Below are positions 39,609 to 52,804 of a stretch of 64,000 bases of DNA, in pieces. A program made the translations under genes and the position numbers. Within the stretch, counting starts at the first letter, position 1. Each line of letters opens with the position of its first letter. The notes under the pieces were generated by a model, which searched no databases, had not been told where the DNA came from, and was given only the letters and a program-made list of their open reading frames with translations. This stretch comes from Geosiphon pyriformis uo1 (lineage: Eukaryota; Fungi; Glomeromycota), in the NCBI GenBank assembly GCA_016748015.1, contig JAAOMT010000436.1:1188033-1252032 (forward strand), written 5' to 3'.

Positions 39609-42600
39609 ATGACAACTATTGAATCTCTGGCGCAAGAATGGTTACGTTTGGATAGGGTACAAGATCTTTATATGATCAATTGTTCTGGGTATTTCTTTAA
39701 GAGCTCAACAATTTGATCTTCAATAGAATCCCGAGACTCGTCAAGAAATTGAACGACTCCACGCCGAACGTGATATTGAGGAACTGGAACTACGTTTGCG
39801 ACAACGGATTTCTTTCGGCACTGCAGGTGTTCATTTAGCGCATATATTTGCTTATAATTGTGTAATTATTGATCGTTTTTATATTCTATAGGTCTGCGCT
39901 CGAAAACGGAGGCCGGGTTTTCCAGAATGAACGATTTGACAGTGATCCAGGCGACGCAGGCTAGTCTAAAACCTAGCTAGCTGTTTCATGTATACCATTT
40001 TTCATTTTGCTCTTTGCACTCAAAACCTATTTTAATTTAGGGTCTTTGTATCTATTTATTGGAATGTATGCCTGATGCCGCACAAAAAGGCGTTGTAATT
40101 GGTCATGATCATCGACATCACTCTGAGACCTTTGCAAAGCTAACGGCTGCTGTTTTTCTTTTCAAAGGAATAAAAGTTTACTTTTATCGAGGGCTTGTAC
40201 ATACGCCTTTGGTGGTATGTATTTGTTCTTCGTTAATTCTGTAATTCTAAAAGATGAAAATAGTGATTTTAGTGATTATGAGATTTTTATTGAAAGCCAT
40301 TTGGTGTTAAAAAACTAAATGCCGCTTGTGGAATAATGATCACAGCTTCTCACGTATGTGTTTTTGAAATTTTCTTTAATTTTCTCAATTCATCTAAATA
40401 AATTTTGTCTTAAATCACCTTCCAAGAACCCCAAACAATACAATGGATACAAAGTGTATGATGAATTTGTTTTATCCGTAAATTTATTTTGATCAGATTT
40501 CCTCATTTAAACATTGTTTTTTCTATTGATTGAGTTATTGGGATAACGCTTGCCAGGTGAGTCTATTGTTATCTTTTAACAGCTCAAGAATATTTCTGTT
40601 ATATGATATTCACAATATGTATCAGATAATCTCTCCACACGACAAAGGGATTGCTCGAGCCATTGAAAAAAATCTTGAGCCATGGGTATGGGATTCACAA
40701 CTTGTCAATAGCAATTCACTAGCAATTGACCTCAAAAAAGATATCTGGGATGCGTATTTTAAAGAAATAAGTAAAATATGCTTTCATCGGTAAGCCTCAT
40801 TTACTTAACAAGTTTTCTCTCAAATAATTTTAGAATTCACTAGAATTAGTCTTAATTCCATCTAAATTTAGTGAAGACAATCGAGCTTCTAATGTCAAAT
40901 TTGTGTACACAGCCATGCATGGGGTGGGCACACAAGCAGCTATCAGAGCTTTTGAATCTTTTTCATTAAAGCCATTTGAAGATACAAAGGAGCAATCAGC
41001 GCCTGATCCTGATTTTCCTACTGTGGCTTATCCTAATCCTGAGGAAGGCAAAGGTTTTTACTCAAATCGCAAATATATTCTGTTAGCAATATTCATTTAA
41101 ATTATTAACCTACTTTTTTAGGAGCGTTGGTTCGTTTTAACTGATCTCTGCTGATTTTGAACAAATTACGCTTTTTATATAATTTGATTGGTCCAATTGA
41201 TAGGTGTTAGCCATCAATACAGCTGATAGAGTTCATTCTCATGTTGTTTTGGCAAATGATCCAGATGCCGATCGATTTGCAGTAGCAGAAAAACAAAAAG
41301 AGTAGGTTAAAGATTGTGAATTCCTTAGGCCAAAATTTATTAGCGTTTCTATTTAACTTTGTATCATTAATTATTTGAAAGCGGAGAATGGAGAATTTTC
41401 TCTGGAAATGAAATAGGTGCGATTTTTGCTAGTGCGGTTTTAGAAAATTATAGATCTCAAGGAAATCCTGTTGGTAAGAAATTAAGAGATATATTGTTTT
41501 AATGTTACATTTTATAATCATGTCCTTCTTAACCTTTCTAGAAAATTTGGCCATGCTTGCCAGTTCTGTTTCTTCAAAGATGCTGGCCCGTATGGCAGAG
41601 ATTGAGGGCTTTCATTTTGAAGAAACTTTGACTGGGTTTAAATGGCTCGGCAATGCCGCGATCAATTTAAGTAGGAAGGGTTATCATGTCGTCTTTGCCT
41701 ATGAAGAAGCTATTGGTTTTATGATTGGTGATATAGTAAGGTAGGTGGAATCTAATGAATTAGATGATATTCAATTTATGCTCATTCCTTAAACTATTCA
41801 AATGGACCAGAGATAAGGATGGCATAAGTGCTTTGGTGACTTTCGCCGAATTGGTGGTACAACTAGAAAAAAGAGGCTTGACGATTTCGCAATACTTGGA
41901 AAGGCTATACCAAAAGTGGGGTTTAGATACGTACCAGAGTTTTTTTGGCATTTTTGCTTTAATCCCTTATATTTGCTTTAATACTGAACAGATACGGATG
42001 GTTTGTTTCCAATAACTCTTACTTTATATGCCATTCGCCAGCTACTATCAATCGTATTTTTAACAAGATACGTTACGGAGAAGATACAGTGAGTAAACAT
42101 AATTTTTTTACCTAATTATCTTTGAAAATTAACTGATTAATTTACAATTATTAGACCAAATCCAAGCGACCTGAGGTGAGTTTATTATAGAATTATGGAC
42201 CACAAATAAATAAATTATTAAATATTCTACTACTCTCGACAAGATCAGTTCGAATTTGAGCTTCGTTATCCATCTACATTGGTCGGTCATCGGGTGACGG
42301 ATATTCGTGACTTAACTATTGGTTATGATACTAGCAAACCTGACAAGAAGCCTACACTTCCAGTATCATCTAGCTCACAAATGATAACCTTTGAGCTGGA
42401 GAATCATGCGGTGATCACTTTAAGAACAAGGTTTGAGCATTTAATTTCCTTAATTTCTTTTACTATATGTGTTTTATCTTTCCCATTTTTACGTTTCCTC
42501 TTAAATTCTTTTAAAGTGGGACAGAGCCAAAAATTAAATATTATACTGAGCTTTATGGTGACGATAAAGATGCTGTGATTTTGGAGCTCAACCATGTTGT

Positions 42601-42664
42601 TCAAGGCATTGCTGATGAATTACTCGAGCCAAAGAAATATGGCTTAGAGTATCGTGTTGATTAA
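39609..42664 (+). CDS. PGM2: phosphoglucomutase-2 / phosphopentomutase family protein, many short exons
   Basis: ISFGTAG|LR; [11 protein letters not shown]; catalytic MITASH|[10 protein letters not shown]; YTAMHGVG; [16 protein letters not shown]; [10 protein letters not shown]; TLTGFKW; AYEEAIGF; DKDGISA; [10 protein letters not shown]. Confidence 0.93.
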
Positions 42665-43259
42665 AAGGTTTTAGGTTTCAGGTCACAGATCTAAAATTAA
42701 TCATATTTCTCTACTTTTAAATTTTAATAATTTTAATGCTATTTGTTGATCATTTTTTCAAGTACGATCGTATAACGTACATAAAGAGAAGGCTGAAAAT
42801 CACAAAATAATATTGAATCAAATATCTGTTTTTTTGACCATCATGGCTTTCTGTTCCTTTACAGGCACTCTTATTTGTATTTTCACCCGAGTTGCTGAGT
42901 TTTCTTGTTACTAAGAAAATGCTTCATAGAATATTTTAATTAATGATTTTATGTCCTGCAATAATACCACCTTTGTTCGGGTATTACTTTAGAAAAAGGA
43001 AATAGTATATTTTGCTGAAATTTTAGGTTCTAATAATATTTCGGTGATCATCCTGGAAATGTGCAATGAGACTGCTGCGCAAGCATCTATTTTCTATTCT
43101 GTTTAAAGGTTCACTTTATTTATTATCCATTATTGAAATAAGAAATCAAATGGTTCGAATTTGATTTTATTCTATTAAATTTCTCGCGTGGCTTTTTGCT
43201 TTAGATGTGACTCAGAGTATTATGATCATCGCTACCAATCGAGTATGATCTATTAAAGA

Positions 43260-44959
43260 TCAAAAAATTGCCTTTTCAGGTTCAACTTGATAAACTAAGC
43301 CAGAACCTAATTTGCAAAAAATGAATTTCACTTAGTGAGTAAAAAATTCATAACAAAACTGGGGAGGAACTCACCATCCAATCCATTATAAAAGAAAAAA
43401 TTGTTGATTGGCAAATCTTTTTGTGATAAACCCTTGAGAATATCTTGAGCCAATATTCCTCCTACTATTGCACAAACTGGCGATAGTTCAGCATTCAAAT
43501 TCCGAGAGATGATACTTGATAAAAAAGATGAATGTAAAAGAATTTATAAGATTCTAAATAGATCCGAAAAATCGCTCTTACCTAAGAAGTTCATTTGCCA
43601 GAAGTGATGGCTCGACACCCATTGAGGGTAGATATGTATCTCGCAAAGATTTCAATTTTGCAAAATCTTTATCCTCATCTTGGATTGGTAGCCTGCCTTC
43701 TATCTCTTGAAATTTCCATAATACTATAATATATAAAAAATGTTAACTGGAATGATTTGAAGATCAGCATAAGAAAACAAAATTTTGTCAAACAATGAAA
43801 AATTACTTTGGTTGGCCCATAGCAGGGGGGAAACCTTTCTAAGCTTCCGGAATGGTACGGCAGACCAATCATTTTTTGAGAGAGCTGTTCCTAAGCTAAC
43901 GTATTCTAAATATTTCTTTGTCCTCTTCACTTCAGGATCCTCTCTGCCGGATTTTATCTCTTTACGTTCTCTGCCGCGATTGTAATGCGAATTTACTTTT
44001 TTGCATCTTTCAAATTAAGGCGATTTCGAAATGTATTTCTTACACAATATATTCATGTTGTTTTAGATCACAGAATATATATCCGAATAATCCATGAGCA
44101 CTTGCAGCGTAAAATTTTTTTTCAAATTTACGGCACAGGTTGTCGGCCTTAATCTAAATTTTTAGAAAAATATATTATTTCTCACTGTGTATTCGATACC
44201 AAAATGAGTCGAACAAGGTAGAATATAGAACTACCAGGGTTGAAATATCACAATTCGTCAAGCATATCACATCAAATTTCTGTAAAAATTCCTCAGACTG
44301 TAGCAATAAATTATCCGTTTCAGCAGTCACAGCAACACGAGGATTTAATTCACGAACACGAACAGCGGCGGCAATCGCACGCTAAAAAAGTCATAAATTC
44401 ATAAATTTATATTATTTGAATAATATCTGATTTTGGGAAGCTCTTGTGAATTCAAATAATTGTATAAAACGGTTTACATTCTTTCCCAAGTCTTCCACTC
44501 TGAGGAAAAATTGGGCACCGAAATCTTCCTCGGTAACTATTTGGTAATCAAGAATGGTCACGGCACCGACACCAGCGAGCACGAGATTCTTGCATACTTC
44601 ATTGCTGAGTCCTCTCATCCCAACTATCAAAATATTGGAATTTCTCATTCTAAATAATTAAGCAGTGAGAGATTGATGTTAACGAGTAGAGTCATAAAAT
44701 ACAACAACTAGGAATTTAAGGATATCAGGATGAAATTATAAGGCTTGAAAAAGTAAAAAGCTATCTATACCGCTGTTGAGCTTCAATGCCCCAAAGTCGA
44801 ATTTGCCTATCATAGAGCTCAGCTTCGTCTGATAAAGAGGTTATACGTTGCAAGTGTTGAGTTAGACCGCTCCCCTCTAAATAGCAACATAACCAGCTTC
44901 AAAACATAACCTTATCAACCTTCGGTAAGGTGAGGGTTTTGATTGTTGAAGAATTCCAT
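43260..44959 (-). CDS. AOS1: SUMO-activating enzyme E1 subunit (Aos1/SAE1)
   Basis: DEAELYDRQIRLWGIEAQQR|MRNSNILIVGMRGLSNEVCKNLVLAGVG; AELSPVCAIVGGILAQDILKGLSQKDLPINNFFFYNGLD. Confidence 0.92.
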
Positions 44960-45070
44960 CAAATCGATTTTAAAACCACTCCTACAATTAAGGCTTTCAA
45001 TTTAAAAATTTATGTATTCAAAATTATCCAATCGTGAAAGATATGTTTGATGTATGTTGATGATCGTTAA

Positions 45071-45076
45071 ACGCGT
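45071..45076. promoter_or_regulatory. MCB-like element ACGCGT in the divergent AOS1/SPC25 intergenic region
   Basis: Exact ACGCGT within the 189-bp head-to-head promoter of a kinetochore gene; single copy only. Confidence 0.35.
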
Positions 45077-45148
45077 CTAGCCGGATTTTGGTGACAAATC
45101 TCACTATTTGATACAAATTATCTTTTAGCCTTAAACGTTGTCTCAAAT

Positions 45149-46316
45149 ATGAACGCGCTTCCAAAAACCCCAAGCCCCTTTTCAAAGAAAAAAAATGTGT
45201 CTCGCACCCCACTCGAATCTGGTTTCACTTCTGCCACTTTCAATAACAACGAGCTCGAAAATTTAAGCGCCTGTTTCTTGGTCAAATATGAAGCTTTTGT
45301 TCAAGAAACTCGAAAAAATATGTACTCTAAAAATAAAGAGTGGACTAAGCAGCTGAAAAAAGATCGAGGTATTTCTCTCTTGGTAGAAAATAAATTTATA
45401 ATTCTGACCTTCTCCATATAGGATTTCTTCACAGACAACATTTTATGTATTATACTCTTAGAAATGCAAGATCAATTGCTTTCAACACTCAAAGTATGCG
45501 AGGAAAAGACAAAACAATTAGGGCAAAGTACGTATTTTCTTCATATTAATTTATGGATAAACAAATGCTCAAAATATTGTTTCAACCTCGTTTTTAATTA
45601 GCACTGGCAAATGAGGCAGCACAAATGGAAAAGGCTCAACTAGTTCACTCAGATTTAGAGTACCAGGTGCAAAATTTAAGTGAACAAAAGCAAAACTTTT
45701 CAAAGCAAATCCGAGCTTTAGAAGATGAACTGCATAAATTACAGGCCAGTAAGTTGATTCAAATCCTTTAATTTGATTTACGAAATCGCCAACTCTTATG
45801 TGCTACATTCCAATTGCTAAAATTTTCATTAATTTAAAAAGTTAAAGTGGCACAACGCCAATCATATCAACTACAGTTCTCGAGGAACGAGCCGGAATTG
45901 AGACGATATATGGAAACTTTGAAAATGACTTTCGAAGGAATAAGAGGTCAGTTTTTAACATCTTTTTTGGAAATCTTTTTATCGAAAACTGATTTAATCT
46001 TTTTTAATTAGCCGATGTTTTACTGTTTCACTTCAAGTGTATCAGTGATCATGATTCTGAACGGGTTTATTCATTTATATTGAATTTAAGTGAACAGCAG
46101 TATAGAGGTTTTATACTTTATCTAAAATTTTGATTCTTGAAAAACAAGGAGGAATCTCAAACTTCCTTGAAATCTAATTCTTTAGTTACCAAATGTAACT
46201 TACCGACCAACCAAGTAAACGACCTAGTTGATGAATTAAATCGATCTCGTGATTTCTTCGGCTTCTTGAAGAAGATCCGAAAAGCTTTTCGTGAAAATTA
46301 TAAAAATGAGAGATAA
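45149..46316 (+). CDS. SPC25: kinetochore NDC80 complex subunit Spc25-like
   Basis: Coiled-coil N-terminal half, then LKMTFEGIR.DVLLFHFKCISDHDSERVYSFILNLSEQQYR.TKC...LVDELNRSRDFFGFLKKIRKAF, matching the Spc25 RWD head. Confidence 0.8.
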
Positions 46317-46984
46317 TTAAGAGGTAGGTTGATCGTTTTGATCTTTTTTTATCTGGTCTATTTTTGCCATTTGTTATTTATTATTCGAATGTAAGAATAA
46401 TAGAAGCACAACAGAAACCCTATGAAGGCTAATTTTCTTTACAAGACCAATATGTATTTCTATAATAGGAATATGTATATCATTTGAATGAAGATTGACT
46501 TTGTGTTATTATACATTTGATGAAATGGATGATATTTGTATTGAAACAAAAGAGGGTATGCAAACACCCTTTTTTTGTTCTTGAAAAGTGAGATTTATGG
46601 GGAAAAGTGGGGAGCTATGGGTGTGCTAATGAATTACGGTTCTCACTCATATTCTCATTCGCACTTGAATCTTTTCAGGTATGAAACCCCTCACGTATAA
46701 ACTATTACAAAAAATAAAGAAAGCACTAGAACCCGCTAGCCCTATCTAATAACCATAAAAAAAAAAGAAAATTTTATCCTGATCTTTCATAAGATTCCCA
46801 TAATAGCTTCTTAGAGCGAGCAGGGTAATCTACATCTTCCCTTCAACCGACAGACGGTCTGATGTCCTTCAGATTCAACAAATCATTTTAATATATGAGC
46901 CCTTCATTTTTGATCCCATCGCTTTCAATTTCTTTTTTTATGAAATAGAGACTAGTAGCAACCCAAAGTTTATTATTATTTAAT

Positions 46985-48331
46985 TCATGTACTCATTTTC
47001 GCACCATTTTGATTATTAGGTAAATCTCCCGAATCTTGAGCTTCTTGAGGAGTTATAATGATTTCATGTGCAACAATATTACTCTTATCCGATAATGCCA
47101 AGCTTGGAGGGGAACCACTACTTCTGGTAGAAGGGTCATGGGAAAGGAATGTTGGAGTATCACCTCCCCAAAATATCATTATTTCCCCATCCCCTTCGTC
47201 AGACATTAATGTACTTCTAGGATTTGAGAATGAGGAGCTTCTAACACTCTCTCGTCCTAAATTTGTTGAGGATGCACCCGAACTGTCAACCTCGTCACTA
47301 CCAAATAATCCAAAAGATTGTCGTCCCTCAGACGGATCCAGGAAAGGAGAGATTAAAAGACTCGGGCTTGAAGCAGATACATCAATCTTGTTTGAATCAA
47401 TCGAATTTGAATTATTTTTCACACCAGACCGTGAAGATTCAACAGATGAACGTTCAACATCGATTCGGGGTAAAAGCATCGATTCCGAGTCTTCATCCTC
47501 CACGGATATTGAATGAAAAGTGGTCGGGGTGCTAGGGGTTGATGGTATATTAGACGAAGAGTGTACGCTTAATAAAGTATTGCCTGTTTTCGGTGTGGCT
47601 GGAGTGGAAGGAATGCTGGGATCTATATGAGGAGAATATTCCTTTTTTGCTCTCATCTCGATCGCATGATTATTTGATTTAATAGTATTCAGACGAACCA
47701 GAGCAGGTTTAGCACGTGTCGCAGTTACCATAACCCCAGTACCAGTTGATGGAGTTGCTTTTGTAGCTTGTAAAACAGTACCAACTTCAGCAAATGTATC
47801 ATCATCTTCAACTGAACTAATAAGTTGTTCATCTGAGTAAGTTCTTGGTAATGGACTGGCTAGGGGTGTAGCCAAAGGTGTTGTTCCAATACTTAAATGA
47901 GACATTCGAGTTCTTGGATGAGCAGGTTCAGGACGTGGAGTTGTTGGAGTTGCAGGTGGTATATAAGCAATTGGTATTACATTTTCGCTATCTACTGAAT
48001 TCCATACTTTACTTTCTGAGGTATCAATTATATCTCCATTTCCTGAGAAATAGCCTTTTGTGTTTTTTCGTCTTTTATATCGCATATAACCAAAAGCAGC
48101 AGCAGATAAAATAGCAATACCAAGTACTCCTCCTATAACAGCTGGTATTAGCTTGGCATTTCCATTTGTATTATCTTCTTTTGATAAATTCTGTGATATT
48201 GATGGGGCTGCTCTCGCATCTGTACATTTCGGTAATGAACACTTTTGACATGTTTGCAATTCGAGAGAGCAAATTTTTCCAGACGGGCACTCGGGACAAG
48301 GTGGTGCTGCCCCACATTGGATGCAATTCAT
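46985..48331 (-). CDS. Opy2-like single-pass membrane anchor (HOG/filamentation signalling)
   Basis: N-terminal 8-Cys domain CIQC...CPECPSGKIC...TCQKC...C, one TM helix (AVIGGVLGIAILSAAAFGY) followed by RYKRRK, NVIPIAYIP motif, long Ser/Thr/Pro tail. Confidence 0.8.
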   Translation of the reverse strand: MNCIQCGAAPPCPECPSGKICSLELQTCQKCSLPKCTDARAAPSISQNLSKEDNTNGNAKLIPAVIGGVLGIAILSAAAFGYMRYKRRKNTKGYFSGNGDIIDTSESKVWNSVDSENVIPIAYIPPATPTTPRPEPAHPRTRMSHLSIGTTPLATPLASPLPRTYSDEQLISSVEDDDTFAEVGTVLQATKATPSTGTGVMVTATRAKPALVRLNTIKSNNHAIEMRAKKEYSPHIDPSIPSTPATPKTGNTLLSVHSSSNIPSTPSTPTTFHSISVEDEDSESMLLPRIDVERSSVESSRSGVKNNSNSIDSNKIDVSASSPSLLISPFLDPSEGRQSFGLFGSDEVDSSGASSTNLGRESVRSSSFSNPRSTLMSDEGDGEIMIFWGGDTPTFLSHDPSTRSSGSPPSLALSDKSNIVAHEIIITPQEAQDSGDLPNNQNGAKMST

Positions 48332-50364
48332 TGAATTGGTCGTGTTTGAATATGCTCGTTCAACATTTTTTACAGTTTCTAAGAATAGTTTTAAAATTTT
48401 AATGATAGTCAGGTTGGTAAAATAAATTCTTGAATCGTTTTTTTACAATTTAAAAAAAAAGAAATGAACGTCTATTTTAATCAAAATTTAAAATAGTTAC
48501 TAGTTTTCAAGTTCAAAAGTACTTGAAACTATTTATTTTTTTTTTTAAAAACTAGTGCGAGCCTCACAACTTATTGCAATTCCGAAAAAAGATTACCTGC
48601 CGGTTCCGATTGCACGGGAAAGATATTTATGCTGACCACTAAACATATGAGCCCTATGACTGCAAAACATCGTAATTTCGAAGTTGAGTACATAATTCGT
48701 TCTTTTATCTATCTAAAATACAAATATATATATATATATATATAAAGATACTTTTTTGAAGAGAAGAGTGCAAAAGTAGGGAGAAAGAGGATAGTTGGGT
48801 ATAATATATTGGAAGTGAAGTGCCAGGAAAGTCTAAAGGTTGTTAAAAAAATAGTTACTTTGCGCTCTGCAATCGCAACTCTTTACTTAAACCAAAAACG
48901 CCAAGTGACAGAAGAAAGTAAAGAAAAAAAAGGAGGAAACGAGTGTGATGGGTAAACTTTTTCACATGAGGGTTAGTTCACAAGGAGATAGGAAGTGAAT
49001 AAAAATTAAGGTGAAGAGGGAAGAGTAGCAAAAGATTTTTAGTATGAAATGAAAAAATGGTAAGTAGAGTATGAAAGGAAAGGATCGTTATTACTAAACA
49101 ACTTAGAAACGATGGGTTTAATTTGATAGTAATAATAATAATAGGTTTGCGCAACCGAGAGAGGAGCAGGAGAAAAAGATTATTGTCTGGTATAGCAAAA
49201 TGGTGGTAGCCATGTGGTGCATAATTGAAGTAGGAAATATAATATTTCAAATGATGACATCCACGATTATAACATTGTACCTGAACAATATGTCTCAATA
49301 ACACACACATTACACAGTTTGTAATCTTAAATTATTTTTAGTAACTGAATTATAGCCTTTTTTCAATAACAACCTAATGCAATACAAATATGTCATGCAG
49401 AATATTGGGTAACATATTTCTTGAAGAAATTCCATTGTACTAGACTAATTTTCAATCAATATCGGATTTTTTATTCGGGAGAATTTTAGAAGCCCGAATT
49501 TTACTATTTTAAGAATTTTTTTGGAAATATGTATATAATACAAATCTAATTCTGATTTTTCCTTATGTGTAAGAAAAAAATCAGTTGATTTTTCAATTTT
49601 TTACTGATAGGGAAAATTTTTGTCGTAAACACTAGATAGTACTAGGCGTTGCTAAGTAAGGCAAGAAATGCCTGGAAGAGAATTCCAAATACCTCGAAAT
49701 TCCTCCGATGCTTTTTATGTTACTATTACCAGCTACAAGTCTTAAATTTATAAGCCTCATTTTGGATGACAACATGGACTTTTAACTCCCTCGGCCTTAG
49801 GTGATCAGACGTGGGCGGAAACGGTAATGCGCCCAGCAAACCATTTTCCAGACATCCTTTCGGCCCCTGCATTTCTTATGGTTTGAAATAGAAACAGCCA
49901 ATTTGACTTTTTCGAAATGAGTTCATCTATATAATTGCGAAGACGAACAAATTCGTTTGATGTCACCAGAGAGGCGCTTAGTTTCGAAATGTAAAGGTCA
50001 TAACACGCGTTTTATCCTATTATAAAAAATATAGTTTTAGAAAAAAAAATTTTTTTTTTTAACTAAAATCTTTACCTTGGGTCGAAAAATACATTATTAC
50101 TTTTAATATTGTTAAATAATTTTTTTTAAATTGTTATTGTCTAATTTCAATTTATTAAGTTTTCTGTTTTAAATTTTCAACAAGTTTTCTATTTTTAATT
50201 TTCTGTTTTTAGAGATAAAAGTAATTTTTAAACCCATTTTTTATTTTTTAATATTTTATATAAACGTATATTTTAAAATTATTATTATTATATACGTTCT
50301 TAATCAATTGTGTAATTTAACAAATTATTATTATTATTATTATTATTATTATTGTTATTATATA

Positions 50365-50570
50365 TTGTAATATAAAATATTCTGGTATTCTTAATTATTT
50401 TTACACTTTTTTTTGGTTATTTCTGGCATTTCTGAAATTTTTGATATTTCTTTTAATATTTTTAGAATTTTTGGTATTATGTTATCTTTTTACTTTAATA
50501 TTTGATTAACTAATTTACTATATGCTAATACTAATAATAATTTTTTTTATTTTTTCTATAAATAATAATG
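50365..50570 (-). repeat. dispersed repeat terminus, reverse homolog of 28030-28255
   Basis: TGTAATATAAAA followed by TCTGGTATT/TCTGGCATT subrepeats, abutting (TTA)n at 50324-50362. Confidence 0.55.
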
Positions 50571-51046
50571 TAAACACCAAAAAAACCAAGTAAAGTTAAT
50601 GTTTGTTTTTTACAAAAAAAAAACAAACTTTAAAAAAAAGTAATGTTTTAAAAAATACCAAAAAAAACAACTTTTTTTGGTATTTTAAAGAAATTAATTG
50701 TTTTAAATAAAAGTGAAAAAAAGGAATTGTTTTTTGTTTTTTTAACTTTCTTGGCCATTTAAAAAAATATAAAAGAAATAGTAAAGAAATAAAATAGTTT
50801 TATTATTGGTTTACTATTAAAGATTTTAAATTATTTTGTAATAATAATAATTACATTTAATTAATTGTTTAAAAAAAATTTTAAGTGAAAAAACTTTTAT
50901 TTAAAACCAAAAATAATGTTTTAATAGCAACTAAAAACTATTTTAATTTTACATTACTTAAAAAGAATATTGTTTGATTGTTTTTATTTTAAAAAAAAAA
51001 TTTCTAATATTAAAACTGGTGAAAAAATATTAAAAATAAAAATTAC

Positions 51047-51742
51047 TGTTATAATTAAATTAACAAACTAATAAATAACAGGAAAAAACAGTATTGTATA
51101 ATAATAAAATAATTAAAAGAGTAATTTAACTTTAATAAATGAATTGAGTTAGTAAGATTTTAATGTATAAGATTAGTCTTATAAATATTTCAGTCACTAT
51201 TTTTTTTAAAAAGTAACAAAAAAATCTGAAAGTAAAGAGATAGTTCATATTGTTAACAAAATATAACACATTAATATAATTTTATGTTTTATATTAATAC
51301 TTTTAAAATTCAATATTAGATATTAATTATACTTTTTAGTAAACATTTATTTAATATACTTTACAAAAATTAACAATTATACAAATCAAGAAAAAAAAAA
51401 AATAGTAAAAAGAAAATAAAAAAATTAATATTATTATATTAATTTAAATATAATTTAAATATAAGTTATCTTTTTATAACTCTTAATATGTTTTGCTTAT
51501 ATACAATAAAAAAAATTATTAATCACATTAATAATTTAATCAATAATCAAATTAATAATTAAGTTAATAATTAAGTTAATAATTAAGTCAATAATTAAGT
51601 TAATAATTAAATTAATAATTATATTAATAACTTATTCTAAAAATAGACTGGCTAATTATATAATATTAGTAACTAATATATATAATTAATTATAATTAAA
51701 TAAATAGATAAAATTTAAAAAGTAAAAGTTTTATCTATAATA
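51047..51742. repeat. left LTR (putative 3' LTR), more heavily mutated, with expanded 12-bp tandem array
   Basis: Gapless alignment to the right LTR over long stretches; terminal CA mutated to TA. Confidence 0.85.
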
Positions 51743-52804
51743 TTATTCTCTCTAAAAAAATTGAGCTCTAATAAAATAAAATTATAGAAAAATTTTGAAG
51801 TTTTTATTTTAAAGCTAATTAATTTGCTAAAATTTTTAACTAAAAAAGTATAAAAAAGTTAAAGTAATAATTCATTTAGTTTTTTTTTAATAGTGTTAAA
51901 AAATTAAGTATTTTAGTAGTTATATATTTATATATGTATTTTTCTAATTTATTGCCAATTTTTTGTTTTTTTGTAACAGATTTTCAGAAATCAATAACAG
52001 AATATATTTCATTTTTATTTTGATTGTTATTTGTTCTCTGATTGTAAACAAAGCTTCTAAATAGTTTTTTATCTAATAGTTATAAATAATAAAAAAACAT
52101 TTTAAATATTTTGATCAAAGAAATATTTTTTTATGCTAATTAAAGATATATCTATTTTGAAATTAGAATAATTTTTTTTATAACTGTTTTAGTGTTTTAC
52201 TGCTGATTATTTTAAATATTACAATAATTGATAACTAATTAACTTTTTTATAATACTTTTTAATTTGTATACCATAAACAGATTAATTATTGAATATTGC
52301 TCTATTTTGGTCTTATAATATATAAAATTCATTATTTAAAATTTTGTTAATTATAAATAATTCTTTTCATTAATTTGAAAATTTGTTACCAAAAATATTG
52401 TCTTGGTTTAATTTGTATTCAAAATTAAATTACTTATATTTAAAAAAAGCATTTTATAGATTTTTTTTTCTGGAGTCATTTTTAAAAAATTTTTATTTTT
52501 TTATAAATGATTATTTATGTTTTTATTAAAATGTCTAAAATTGTTTTAAGTTTTCATTGTAAAATGTTTTTATAGCTAAATTTATTTATTTTTTCAAAGA
52601 GTATTGTTTTAATATTTGTTTTAATAAGTAATATTACCATATATTCATAGAATAAGTACAAGAGTTTATAACTAATTATGTTGTGATTTACTGTTTTATA
52701 AGCAAAGAAAACTAAAAGTAAAATTTTGTTTTATAGATTGGTTTTTTTACTAATTTTTGCTAAAGTTTTACAAAATATTCAGTTAAAACATTTTACTAAT
52801 CTAT

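Noticed and set aside
47058-48402. Several plus-strand ORFs over the Opy2-like gene
   Set aside because: Antisense shadows with no independent motifs
51518-51632. CRISPR-like array
   Set aside because: Head-to-tail 12-mers without spacers, inside a eukaryotic LTR
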